Assembly (NCBI GenBank): GCA_002633005.1
Contig: NMRA01000149.1
Span: 574,487-638,486, forward strand
Length of the DNA: 64,000 bases
Source: Phoronis australis
Lineage: Eukaryota > Animalia > Phoronida
Direction of reading: 5' to 3'
Shown: one piece after another, positions 51,801-64,000 of the stretch
Position numbering within the stretch: the first letter of the stretch is position 1
Layout of the letters: each line of letters begins with the position of its first letter
Notes under the pieces: model-generated
What the model was told of the DNA's origin: nothing
What the model saw: the letters and a program-made list of their open reading frames with translations, nothing else
The model's database searches: none
Translations under genes and position numbers: made by a program

Positions 51801-54800
51801 AAGCATTGATCATGATTACAGCGCTTAATTGTGAATGTAAATGCTACACTATGAAAATTTTTGTTGAATGTCATACAGTTTTGTCAGAATTGTTGAAAGC
51901 TGTCAGTGCTGACCATCTTCGAATAATTTTTTTTGTTTGCTCTGAAGGCATCGATGCCCCAAACCATCGTCCTGAAGGAAGTCATCATTCAGCACCCGCC
52001 CCCCAAGCACGTGAAAAACAAGTCCCTCCAATGTAAACCTTACAGTGAGACTAAGGCTACAAGCTTTCATTGTTGCAGTGAAGACAAGGAAATACAGACA
52101 GGTGGGTGTCACAAAACTCACTTAAAACGAAAATGCAAAAACTCAATTGTGATATGTGGATGACAGTAGCTGCGTCTGGCTACAGGGATGAATTGAAGAG
52201 TATAACTAAAGAGGCTGTTTGTATAACACACTTTATTCAGTGCAGCATTGGCAAGCGACAGAGTTACAGGCGAGGAAAAGGGTCTGAACTAGCGTTGAAA
52301 GAGATACCAAAGAAGCGTTGAAAAATAGATACGGAAGAAGCGTCGAAAAAGTGAAACCGAAGAAGCAGTTATCTGCAAGAAATAAAAAGCACAGTCTGAG
52401 TATTCAGCAAGCTAACATAATTAATTAACAAACAGTAATCAGAGCGTTAGAAAGACCCGTGACAATGACTCTATATTACAGGCCTAACAAATACTACCTC
52501 ACTAACAATACACAATTAACTGGAACCCGTGCTATCTATTCTACAACTGGGAACCATTATCGTACACAAACAACTGCCTAACTGCAACCTGTAACTATTT
52601 GTCCTATGAACTGGGTACCACGCAACATATACGCCAAACAAGCAGCTGAATGAAACTATACGTTAAACAACAACTATACACGCTCTAAACTCAGCTAGTA
52701 GATACACACGAGTACAACATGCTATGCCATAATACTCAGTACTTACAACAGTTTGGCCGACAGTCTGTGCTCAGTCTTAAAATTCCAGCATCCGAGGAAA
52801 ACACATGATTCGCGTTACATATCTTGTCAACGAATGCCGTTAAATTCATGAGACACTAGTCACCAAAAACCTGCCCACATAATATAAGCTACTATTCATC
52901 TTCGCAAATGCTATTGTAATCACTGGAATGAACCACCTTACTAAAAAAAAAACCAGTCACAGCGGCGAAAGATGTACTGCCACCTACAAAGAAAATAAAC
53001 AGGGTGATAAGTAAATGAAACGCAAGAACCAAATTGAGAATTATGATGCACAGCATCAACAATGACCATTCACTTGATGTTACAAGGAAATGTTTTTGAA
53101 CTGTTTTACTTTTGCATGAGGTGCTATCAAATTAGGGCTTCTGTGGTTGTCTTGAAAAAACTCAAAAGTTATAAAACGAAAACGAAATGATAATTTGAAA
53201 AAACGAAGCGGTGTTTTTGAGATTTCATGTTGAACTTTTTCATCAAATGAAATTTGGTCATGTTTGTGATACCGTCGTTTTGCTATTAATATACTTTTTG
53301 GTCACATGACCTAATTAATTACAGTCTGGTTAAAAGTCTAAAAGGCAATTCCGTGAAACGGTCAACATAGAGACAAAACGTAAAAATTGTGACTAGAATA
53401 TTTCTGGTCTCATCTGAAAGCCCAGTATCTCAAGTTTCAGGATTCGTATTGGAATTTTCCAATAACTTTCAATTTTTTACTAAATGGACCCATTCTTGGA
53501 GGTCACTTGACCCTAAAAACTTACCCCAATTTTTTATGTGTGATGCTTATTATTGTCATAAATAAGCTAATTATGAATATTTCGCTATATTATCAAATTT
53601 GTACAATCACATAAAGCCTAAACTTTATAAAAAATATCATTTTACCCATAGCACATCATCGACCTCTTGGGGTCAAAGACCAATTCCTGGATATCTTGAT
53701 GCCTTACGTCCGTCACAAAAAAGTGCTAAAAAGTTTACTAGTTACTTCTGACAAAAGGTTTCAATCAAAATTAAAATGATTTCAGATTCTCTTTTAACTT
53801 GTTTCTCAATACTATTGACCAAAATTTTAGATCACAGGAATAATATGTTAAGTCAGTAATGGCGTGACAGACATACATCATATTTGTACGTCCGTCACAC
53901 CCATAAAATTACGAATTTTAGCCAATAAAATAACCTTAGATCTTATTTGTACTTTCCAAACTTGCAGAAGCTGAATTAAAGCAATTTTGAAAATATTACA
54001 AGAAAACCAAGTAAAGGATTTAAACTAGATGCATTGATCTTCAATTTCAAAAGTTTGCTGAACAGTTGTACATTACAGTCTGTGTCATGTAGATATTCTT
54101 AGTAGAATTTAACTTGTTAAAGTTAGACATAAATTGTAAATAAAACAAAATTTTAATTTAATGAACTTAATTGTGTTTGTTGCTTCCCTGTGTTTGTAAA
54201 ATGTCCTTAATTTTTAGAAAATTGTAGCCGCAAAAAGCATTCATATAAAAAACTTCCTGAGGTGCTCTGGAGTTTAAATAACAGGAAACCTAAAGGAATA
54301 CATGTCAAGTTGCTGTTCTGCTGGAATCAATCTGTTATTTCCACTCTGACCAGCTATACTATCTTTGTGTTGAAAAAGCTGATGGTGGACATTTTTAAAT
54401 GGTAGCAACCTATGACCTACTTTACGAAGCATTTTTGCCATACTTTCACCGACAGTGGTCACTCTTGTGGTTTTTCAGTGTCTTGGATGGCTTGTATGAA
54501 ATGATTTCATAGCAAATGGTTACATCCTCTCATTTTACATATTTTTGGCAAAACAAGATTCATGGTCTCACTATCTTTTTAAGAAAGATTATTTTTTTCT
54601 GCTGAGCTTTGAGAAGATTAAACCAGCGTTTATAAACGAAAAAGGGAATTATTGGAGACCAGGGCAAGAACAGGTGTGACTGGGAAAAGAACAGATATCT
54701 GCTGGAATGTTCTCTAAAACTCAAAAAAATGTCATCGTGGATCAAGAAATTTGATCATAATTATATCCGCATGAACCATGATGGGATTTTATGTAACGCC

Positions 54801-57800
54801 TCTCTTTGAAATTGAAAAGAAGACACGAATTAAAATGCTAAATGAACAGCTAATCAAGCTATTATCGCTAACAAGGACCAGGATCTGATAAATTTTATTA
54901 CTAATTCCACATTTTCCTATTTCATAAGCCTAAATTTAATTTAAAATTAATGTAATTTTTGAAATGTCTGCCTTCACATTTGAAATGTCTGCCTTCACAT
55001 TGCAAGACAGTACCGCTGTTTTGATTCAAAATATGAATACCATAAGCCGATGCTGTCAACTGAACCATGCTGAACCAATTGTCTGCTTCACACTTCGTTA
55101 TAAGAAGATACTGAAGTCCTGTTACTAATACTTTTTAAATATCCATATTATCATTAACATGGCCATGCATCACAACTGGCCAGACAATAAGTTTGTACAA
55201 GCTTAGGGCACGTTGTATTTTAAAAAAGTAAGTAACTAAAACAATTTTTTATAACTATCATGATTAACAATGATTTAAACTTTATTTCACATTTTATATT
55301 TTGGATAGTCACGTTAACTTACAAATTTTGAATTTTTGTTTTACTTAACTCATAAAAATAGTTTTCTTGATTACCAACTTGTGTCAAACAAAATAATTAT
55401 CACTCTTATTCCCATCCAAGTTGTTTACTGTCTTTGAAGAGAAGTGAGGATTTTAGAGGTTGTTTATATCTTTAATCAAATGTCAATCGGTGCGTTTTGA
55501 TTAAAAAACATTGAATCAGTAGCGGAAGACCATAGCTTAAAAGCTGAAGTTTCAAGTATGCTGAATTAATATCTTGGCCTCAACAAACAATTTATTACTA
55601 GAAATTCATAGCATATGTCCGTCACGTTCGTCCATCACACTCACTCACCATACATCGAGTTGTCTGACGAAAATTTCCAAGAAGATATTATCACAAAATT
55701 AGTTTGCTGTACTTCACAAACATCCATTAATTCATCACACATAAAACAAAAAAACTTCATGCAGCTCTGACACAGAAATTTAATGTTAAGGTTTTTTTTT
55801 CAGGCAGATTCTCTGCATATGTCCGTCACATCCCTTTCAAGGCAAATTTGTTTATATTTGGAAAGCTATCAGTGAGACCTGACAACGTATTAATAATTTT
55901 CCAATAAGGAATATTTTGTGCATAATTGATTGAAAGGTTCTCGGACTATACATCCGTCACTAGTGGAATTGCCCTAAAATCAAATTATATAAAATTTCTA
56001 GTTTCTCAAAATATGTACTTTGACCTAGTTAAATTCTACAATTTTGTAGATACTTTGTTGAATACTCACCCTTGTTGATAAGGTCCTACAAAGCTTAAAA
56101 ACAATTGTGTTTTTCCAATATCGGTCCTAATTTCTCCATCTCATGAATGCATGGTTTTGCATCAAAACTTTACCACTTTTACTTTCACAGAACATTGTTA
56201 TTATCATGTCGTTATCATGTTGTTAATATCATGTCGTTATTATCATGTCGTTATTATCATGTTATTATCATAGGTGAAGAGGAGGAGAAATGCTCTAGTA
56301 TTAGCACTGACGATCGCATTTTCGAAACTGTCTCGGAGAGGCAAGGGGAAAAGCATCTGTCAAGATTGATGAAGTTTGGAGGTCAGAAGCAACAACATGC
56401 TGCCCTTACCACTCCAGCCATATCCACAGCACAAGGGGCACCCTCTCAGGAAGCAGACATGCACCTAAAATGCATGTACGGTGTGAATGCCTGGAAGCAC
56501 TGGGTGACACAAAAAAACCTGCAGCTGGTGGAGATTTGTGGTAAACGTCACATGAAACAGTTCAAAACAGACTTGTTGACGTGTACGTCAGATGAGTTGA
56601 ACCACTTGTTGTGTCTCTTTGTTCAAGAAGTGCGGACGCCTGATGGACCTGAATATGCACCCGACACCATCTACTACTTTTGTCTAGGTATGAAGTTTTG
56701 GTCATAAATATGGACAGGTGTAATTGGCAGTGTGTTCAGTAGAATTGGTAAAGATCAAAGTTGTCGGATCAATTCCTTTCTCACCACTTCCTTTGTCAGT
56801 ATTCTTTCCAAGTTCTTTGTATCCCTTCAAGAACTGCCAGATTTCTGAAATACTTTTGTCTTGCTTTTTCCTGTAATTTTATTTATACATGGTTTGTTGT
56901 GATTTAGTCAAAAATTTGTGTTCTCATTGCTTTGTCTTGTCTTTTAAAATTCTCCTCCAGGTATCCAACTGTATCTGTCTGAAAATGGTCGCATCGACAA
57001 CATCTTCATGGATTATAACTATGAGAAGTTCATAGAAACTCTCAATAAAGTAACCGGCCTTTATCAGGCATGTCTCAATGATCAAGGTAAATTTAAAAAT
57101 GTCTCTAGCGTATGACTATTTCCAGATTCATAACTTAGGGCATGTTTCATTACACAAGACCCTTGTGAAACAATTGCTCCAAAAATGTTGGTTTATTATA
57201 CACCAGGCAGGTAAAAAATCACTCAATGGATCATACCCCTTGTGTTAAGTGTAGTGTTTTTTTCAACTCATTACTCACTAATGTAAGTTGTGTCAGGTGA
57301 ATTGTTATATATTTCTACTACTGATTCTTATTCCTGTTTCTACCACCACTACTGCTACTGGTGTACATCAACAGGGGGCAGCAGTGCTTATTCTCATGTT
57401 GGCTCATTATCATTAATACCTGGCAGGTATATTAGTGTGTTGTGTCCAGGAGGAGCACCTGTGGGAGAGCAAGCAACTTGGTGCCCACTCACCCCATGTC
57501 CTACTCAACACCCTGGTTTACTTCAACACACGATATTTCTTCTTGCGCTTGCCAGAGGCTCACCTCAAGTTATCCTTCTCACACATCAGAAAGCAGTGGA
57601 AGAACATGGCCGTAATTGGCTCCAAGGATCAAAGTTGCGGTGAGTACATAATTGCCTTTCAACAATACAAATGGTTTTGTACAGTCCTAAGTTAATGGAA
57701 GAGTACTGAGGGAGTGAGTGTGGTGATCATAAATAGACTATGCTAACATTGATTTGGAATTCGCTGTTGTTGGGGTTATGGTGACACTAATTAAATCCTG

Positions 57801-59539
57801 TGGCAATATCTGGTCTGTTTAGACTGGAGCGTGTCTGACATTACTTAGTTGTGCCCACCAATCTGTTATTTCATTTGGTTGTTGTTCAGATGAGTGACGG
57901 CAAAGATATTGATATTTAATTTGAGATTGAATAGATCTGATCATAAGGAGCTTTGCTGCCATCACATACTGTCAGTAATATCTTAGACAACTAGAAATCA
58001 GGGACAGTTAAATTCATCATTAATTGATGGCCAGTCGTACACTGCTGTTTATGAACTGATATGACACTGGTAGGGCTGTTCCGGATTACACTGTGAGACT
58101 CAAGTATGGCTGTATTTACCCTCAAAACTGCAATGTCCATCATAGTCTTTTTTTCCTTGTTTTTGCTCCATTGGTTTGCCACATGTTATTTATTGTCGTA
58201 TTCTTCACATTAAGTTTTTATCAGCTGCATTACTCTATTCGTCCTTCCAATGCCAACGAGTATATTACTGCAGTGCTGTGGGCTGCAACTCTGACGGGAG
58301 AAAGTTGGATTAACTTGACATGTCTGTGGATGCGTGATGTTAAGTTGGAATTCCGACGTGACTCTTGAAAATTTACCTGATCAGACATTCTAAAACGAGG
58401 CCAATGAAAAAACAATGTGCTTTTTTATCTTCTTAACAGAGGAGAGTTCTATTGGTGTGCTGGCCATATTAAGTCTTGCTTAGTCTACACATAAACAATG
58501 GCTCAGGTAAACAGCTATAGGCATTCCTGCTTAAGTCATTTGATGTTTTGTTAGTCCTGTGTATGTGAGTACAAAAGTGGAATCTATTACTTTAATTTTG
58601 TTCTACTGTGCTTCTGGCATCACTTTCATGTGGAATTTAATCGTTTACAAGAAAGAAAATGTTATGGAGACATACCATTTTTTCCTTGCAGGAGATTGTG
58701 TGGTGTTATTTATTTTTGATTTGTTTTTAACCAGACATGAAAGAGAGACAAGCTTGCTTAGATCGAGATGATGCCAGTAATGTGGAGCAGTGTGAGAATC
58801 AGAGATGTCCAGAGAAGTTGTTTGAGTTCTACCTGTCAAAATGGTGAGTCATGCGTGCCTATCAAGCTCAATTAATGTGTATAATGCTGGTACATGTCAG
58901 TACAAAATAAGTTTTGGAGATTTTATTCATTAATTTTTATGAAGTTTTAACTTCCAGAGGACATGAACTTGTCTGTTCATTGACATACTGCCATGTCATT
59001 TTTATGTTCATCATCTCTCAGGAAATTAAATATTGGAAGTGGCACTGAACTTAACACTTTTTGAATTTGCATATTGTCAAATGTTTCGCACCACATTTTT
59101 GTTTTTGTGAATGTTCTGGTACTTTTCAAAACATTGAAAGAGTTTTGAAATTACTGGAAACGATACATGAAAATGGTCTTGTACTTTTATTGTTTCTCTC
59201 TGTGGTGATGTATTAAAAATTTGATGTCTATAATCCCATAAGTTGCGATGTGTTTTTTGTGTGACGGCCACTTGCGTTTATCTACTGCTACATGGTGTAA
59301 TAACTTCCAGATAATTTATTTTCCTGATTGCCCTCCTATTTTTCAGCCCAGAGGGCATCGAGAACGATTGCAACACATTCTATCTTTTACCGGAGCAATC
59401 ATGTGCACCCGACAGTCCAGTCTGGTACCGGACACAACCGCTTGGACTACAAGCTATGACTAGTATGATAAACCGTGTGAAGACTGTCCGCGAAATACAG
59501 GAAGCGTTCCAGCTCAACCCCACCAGCGCTACTGTCTGA
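39384..59539 (+). CDS. Chimeric THAP-domain / MYM-type zinc finger / DUF3504 protein (tandem paralog of gene 1)
   Basis: Exons 39384(ATG)-39815, 43439-43526, 43899-43990, 45012-45550, 47016-47295, 48419-48623, 50373-50497, 51948-52101, 56274-56687, 56961-57086, 57427-57639, 58735-58843, 59347-59539 (TGA). The sum is 2970 nt = 989 aa + stop. All junctions are GT-AG, in phase, with no internal stop. Exons 2-13 align in order to gene 1 exons. Confidence 0.82.
40175..42425 (+). mobile_element. Non-autonomous DNA transposon, GGGCAATTC-terminus family, copy A (orientation arbitrary)
   Basis: Ends GGGCAGTTCT / AGAATTGCCC, repeated GTGACGGACG subterminal motifs, and internal homology to 53343-55974 in inverted orientation. 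Confidence 0.7.
41040..41540. mobile_element. HINE-like fragment nested in copy A
   Basis: GCCATCTTGAA, TGCCAATTTTCAG, GCTATTTTGGATCCGATC and GTAAATTTCATGGTGATC motifs; no counterpart seen in copy B. Confidence 0.35.
46289..46469. repeat. 58-bp perfect tandem repeat x3
   Basis: TTTTGCACTTTACATGAAAGTTCCAGTTGTGTTCCGTTATTTGACAAGGCACATCTCAA repeated. Confidence 0.93.
48232..48292 (-). mobile_element. tRNA-derived SINE head fragment
   Basis: Minus strand GATAGCTCAGTTAACTAGAGCA...CCCAGGTTCAAGCTCTGG has A- and B-box-like motifs but no complete cloverleaf. Confidence 0.45.
53343..55974 (-). mobile_element. Non-autonomous DNA transposon, GGGCAATTC-terminus family, copy B
   Basis: Ends AGGCAATTCC / GGAATTGCCC and multiple (C)GTCCGTCAC motifs. 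The reverse complement of ~54290-54420 matches ~41860-41970. Confidence 0.7.
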
Positions 59540-59843
59540 GTCACGAGGCTGTGTATGCTAATAGCCCACAGTTGTTTTTTGTCTCTGAAGATCAATTTTC
59601 CACGTCTACATAACGGGCTACAGCAATAAACATTAGGGTTTTTCAGTGCAGAAAGGATTTGAGTGCCTTCAGTAGCTGCATCTAACTGACTACGACTCAT
59701 TGTGGCATGTTCTTCCTTGTGATATGTTTGACTGTTTAAAGTTTAGGAATCCTCCTAAACTGTGGCTGTAATTCCAGAATAATTTAATACTTTTTTAACT
59801 TATTTTATTGTCACATTTTTGTATTCAGCCCCTATTGGTTGCA

Positions 59844-59849
59844 AATAAA
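59844..59849 (+). terminator. Candidate polyadenylation signal of gene 2
   Basis: AATAAA ~300 nt after the stop, followed by T/GT-rich sequence; another AATAAA lies at 59625. Confidence 0.35.
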
Positions 59850-61369
59850 AATGATAAATCACAGATTTTGATTAATGTTCTTTCTGCATGTTCTAGTGCA
59901 CAAGATGCATGGAGAGTTTTCATGGCAATGTGCTCACATACATAAAATTGTCATGTATTCAGTTGTGCAAAATTTGAAGAGTACTGCTGCAGCAGAATTT
60001 CATGTTCATCTTGATTTGTTGGTCATAAATTGCCATGATTGAGGTAGCGTCTGTTGCCGAGTCCAGTTTTTTGTAAAGACGATGCCAGTCCTACTAGGTG
60101 CAAGTTTCTTAGCTCTGCGGGCATGTGTGTAACGTATGAATATGGTCACCAACACGCAAGTTTCTTGTACAAACTTGTTCTACATCCATGGTTCTCTGTG
60201 TACCTGAGGGAAAGTGAAGAGTCATAGCGTGCTTAAATACTGAATTGTCACAACCACAACAAATGCAATGTCACCCCATTCCTTATTGTATCATGGGAAA
60301 ATTGAGCTGCAACATTAGGTGACTTTTCACACTAAACAATGAAGGATAACTGTCCCGTTTCTACACAGTATGTATTGACCAATAAATGCTCGTAACTTGG
60401 GGTCAGCTAATTCACATATTGTGTAGAGTTTGTGGATGTTCTAATTTGACAGCTGATTGACTGGTGATATGAAGTTGGTGGTTATAAGCACTTCAAAGTA
60501 GAGTGCTGGATAACAACCTATAACAATGAAATCACTGTTGGACAATGCTTTTTATGTTCTCACCCACTGAATGGAAATGAATTTTGCAATCCTACTGGGT
60601 AAGGAAATTTTACAAAATGTATTCTTTCTTATGTAGAAAGCCTATGATTTCACTAGAGATAAAAGAAAGCGGTTGACTAAATTGTTTGTAGACTCGGACT
60701 AAAATTTGAATTGCTTGATGTTTTGGTTTGGTCACTACATTGTACAGGGTGTGCAGAAAGGGCACAGAGGTAAATTCCAAAAATAACAAAAGTGCACTCT
60801 CCTTACCTAAGGTCATCATCCTGGCTGATCTCTTAATTCTTATTTTGATTAATGAATACCAATGGGAATTATTGTTTGCCATCATGACGGTGGACACTAT
60901 TGCAAATAAACATCTTATTAAATCTCTCGTGTTAAAAATGATTGCACTTGCAAATAAGTCACTTAGTGTGGACAAGTGTTATATTAATGTCAAATTTAAC
61001 TTTGTACAAGTGTTAACTGCACAGTGTACTGTACACTGCTATGTTCATGAATAATAAGACATTTCCCAACACTCGATGCAGAAATTAATAATGATGTATA
61101 ATATATGCGTATTGATGGTATATTAAAGATAACCAAAACAAAACTGATTATTCTCAATTCTTTCGTTTTATTTCTTACAAATTATCAAAGATTCCCTCCA
61201 AGGCGACGCTTCTGTTTTTTCACTTAGTTGCATCAAATTATGCAACATGCATCCTCGAACGAACACTGTGATAAGACTGTCCATGCACGACCATGCTTTT
61301 ATGGGCCCCAATACTAGTGGAATGACAATATCAATTTATTCATACGCATTTTTTATTTCTGCTCGAGAC

Positions 61370-62200
61370 TAACATTTGAAACATTCAATATACCTAGGAC
61401 GTCATATACAATATTCTGCCTTAAGAGCAGGATAATACATATACAAATTTTTTATTTCAGCCATAAGATCACAGGAACAAACTTCATCTGTACGATGCCA
61501 AATAACCTTGTAAATGTCTACCACACAACCAGCAGAACATTCAATAACTGTAACACAGGATATTCTTTATTTCTACATTAAGACCAGTGGAATATTTAAC
61601 ATGAGGAACAGTAAACAACACGTCAATTACAAAAAGACTAGTGGAACATTCAGTATCTATGGGTCTGTAAATGTCATTGTTTATATCTACCGTAGGACTA
61701 GTGGAACATTCAGTATCTATGGGACCGTACATATTGGTTATATCTACCGTAGGACTAGTGGAACATTCAATACCTCTTAGACTATTAATACATGGTATTC
61801 TTTATTTTTGTCTTAAGACTAGTGGAACGCTTAATATCTGTAGGACTTTTCATGCATGGTATTCCGTAATTCTACCAGAAGACCAATGGAACGTAAAATA
61901 CCTGTAGATAGTTCATATGCAATGTTGTCTTACCTGCCCTGACACAAATAAACAATCAATATGCACTGAACTCTTCATGGAAAACGCCCCTTATTTCTGC
62001 CTTAAGGTCAGTGGCCAATTCAATTTCTGCACGACTGTTCATGTGCAGTAGTTTGGGACCAGTAGAACTATTCCAATTGTTATGACTGTTAGTTCCAGAT
62101 ATTGTTTGATTCTGCTTAAACATCAACTTGTTAGACTATCTGTTCACAACGGTACCAATTGTCCATCTTGCCAATGATCAGTATCTGTTAGACTGTCCAT
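61370..62200. repeat. Degenerate satellite-like array (~60-bp period)
   Basis: Recurring AAGACYAGTGGAACATTCAATATCT...TATTCTTTATTTCT units. Confidence 0.65.
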
Positions 62201-62456
62201 ACACTGTGTTATTAGTTCCTTGAGATCCTCCATTAGATGAGAACGGCATGGTCTGAGGGTTTCCTGCATTGGTTAGATGGTGATGTTTCTGAAAGAAATG
62301 TCATAATGAAGTGCCATGCTCACATTTTTTTAAAGTGACAATGTATGTCTCATTGTAGGCCAACAGAATCGCTAATACAATCACTTGTAATACACAATGG
62401 GTATGTTATCTCCCCTGTGATATTTACCAGCACTGTTGTATCCTGTGGGGTTCATT

Positions 62457-62648
62457 GCTTCTCTCTTGTGTTTTTTGTAATGCAACAATCCTTGTCGTGT
62501 TTACTTTTTATCACGCAACTGTTATTGACCAAAATATATGATTGTTGTTTCTTTGCTTCTCTCTTGTGTTTTTTGTAATGCAACAATCCTTGTCGTGTTT
62601 ACTTTTTATCACGCAACTGTTATTGACCAAAATATATGATTGTTGTTT
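62457..62648. repeat. 98-bp direct duplication
   Basis: GCTTCTCTCTTGTG...AATATATGATTGTTGTTTC present twice. Confidence 0.9.
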
Positions 62649-64000
62649 CAACAGCACTCACTCAACAACAACCAACTGGTTTCCTAAAGACTGCCCAGTC
62701 ATTCAACAGCAACCAACTGGTTTCCTAAAGACTCACTCAAGACCTGTGCATTCATAGGGAGAGCAAGTAAAACAGCTACACAAAAATACGTAATCTTTTA
62801 AGAAATTTTGCCACCTTTAATAATTCATCGATTAGCTCATTTTTTGAGTGACTTAAAAATCTGGTTTATAGTGAACTTTTGTTGAACTCTTTTCTGCTAC
62901 ATAAAGCTGGTTCTGACTGTTGTACAGTTGAAATTTTGCACTAACAGATACAAAACATCAGCTGCAATTAAAAGCTTACAACATATTTTGCAATTTTATT
63001 TACTTAAACTTTGAAACTTGATCATTAACACGATGGACATCTTCACACAGTATGCAATCTCGCAAAATGTAACAGATTTGACATGTTGTTTGGCTTCTCT
63101 TGCTAGGATCTGGCGTCAAGCGGATATCAGCCGCAACCCCATCTAGTGGTTGGTGTGTGTCCACAACTGAATATACAGCCTTTATCATGGTTAGCAACTG
63201 TCAAGTGTTGTTTATAAATAATTCCAATACTGATATATGCCAAGTTATCTCACCTAGTTTTCCATACTTGCACAGTTATTAGTTTTTGATGAACATACAT
63301 AACACTTGCAGGGATATTCCTGGACTGTGCCTTTGCACCATTAGCGCATAACAAAATAAAAAGGCACATTCGAGTACATTGCAGCTGTGCACCCCCCAGG
63401 CGCATCTTTTAAAAGGTAACACTCTTCCAAAAAAGTAAAATTCTAGTAAGCCAGACTGTTCTTATTCTCCTACAGCTGGACAGTCTATTTGAAGTCTTAG
63501 TCAGATTGCCTTTTTGTATGGAATTTTTAAATAAAACTGCAACTTTTACATGAACATCACTATGTTCTTAATTCGACTGTGCTTTTTGTTTTTGTTTCAT
63601 ATGCTACCACTTTAATCAAAAACAAAGTTTGCTGGGTACACCTTCTTGAAAAAAGGCACACTTTTTATCATCAGGTGCACCCAAAGGGCACAGGTTCAAA
63701 CCTGGTCAGAAATATCCCTACATAAGGTTTGACTAGAAGCATAAACCACAGCTTTATCTTCCTTACTTATAATGTTAATAGGATTCTCTGAACTTGTTCC
63801 AATGCAAAAATAAAAAACATACACCATATTTTTAATAATGGGGCTATTCGGAAAATCTGCAATAACTAGAGGGCGTGAGTGTACTAGTGGTGATAGATTA
63901 ACAGCCTCGATTTCGCGAGCCCTTTAAATACATGGTGAAATGGCTTGCAGCCGTGCCAACTGAATCTGAGATTGCGTAAAAAGGGTGCTTCTATGAGAGG

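Noticed and set aside
43439-59539. Gene 2 as a pseudogene or an assembly (haplotig) duplicate
   Set aside because: It is too diverged from gene 1 to be an allele, yet all splice sites, phases and Cys ligands are intact with no stops.
60000-64000. Additional gene in the distal 4 kb
   Set aside because: Only short ORFs without motifs or a consistent exon chain; the region is largely degenerate repeats.

Overview
AT-rich, intron-rich animal (invertebrate-looking) genomic DNA, not prokaryotic. Gene 1 (+, 3373-35910, 5'-incomplete, 20 exons, ~1715 codons in window) is a ZMYM2/3/4 (Drosophila woc)-type gene: acidic N-terminus, 8 MYM/FCS zinc fingers, a Pro/Val-rich segment and a C-terminal Crypton-derived DUF3504 tyrosine-recombinase-like domain. 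Its 9-kb intron after the last finger exon holds a second, divergent, two-exon Crypton/KCTD1-like recombinase module (21273-22850). That module has an open frame and substituted catalytic residues, and its splice phases match the host. Gene 2 (+, 39384-59539, 13 exons, 989 aa by my manual splicing) is a diverged tandem duplicate whose N-terminus has been replaced by an intact THAP DNA-binding domain behind an ETS-CRE promoter motif. It has lost one finger and three central exons in frame, and it shows a short apparent gene-conversion tract with gene 1. Introns carry Kolobok-, Harbinger- and Helentron-like non-autonomous elements, SINE heads and minisatellites. Exon models were built by eye from GT-AG sites and phase arithmetic; no database searches were run.
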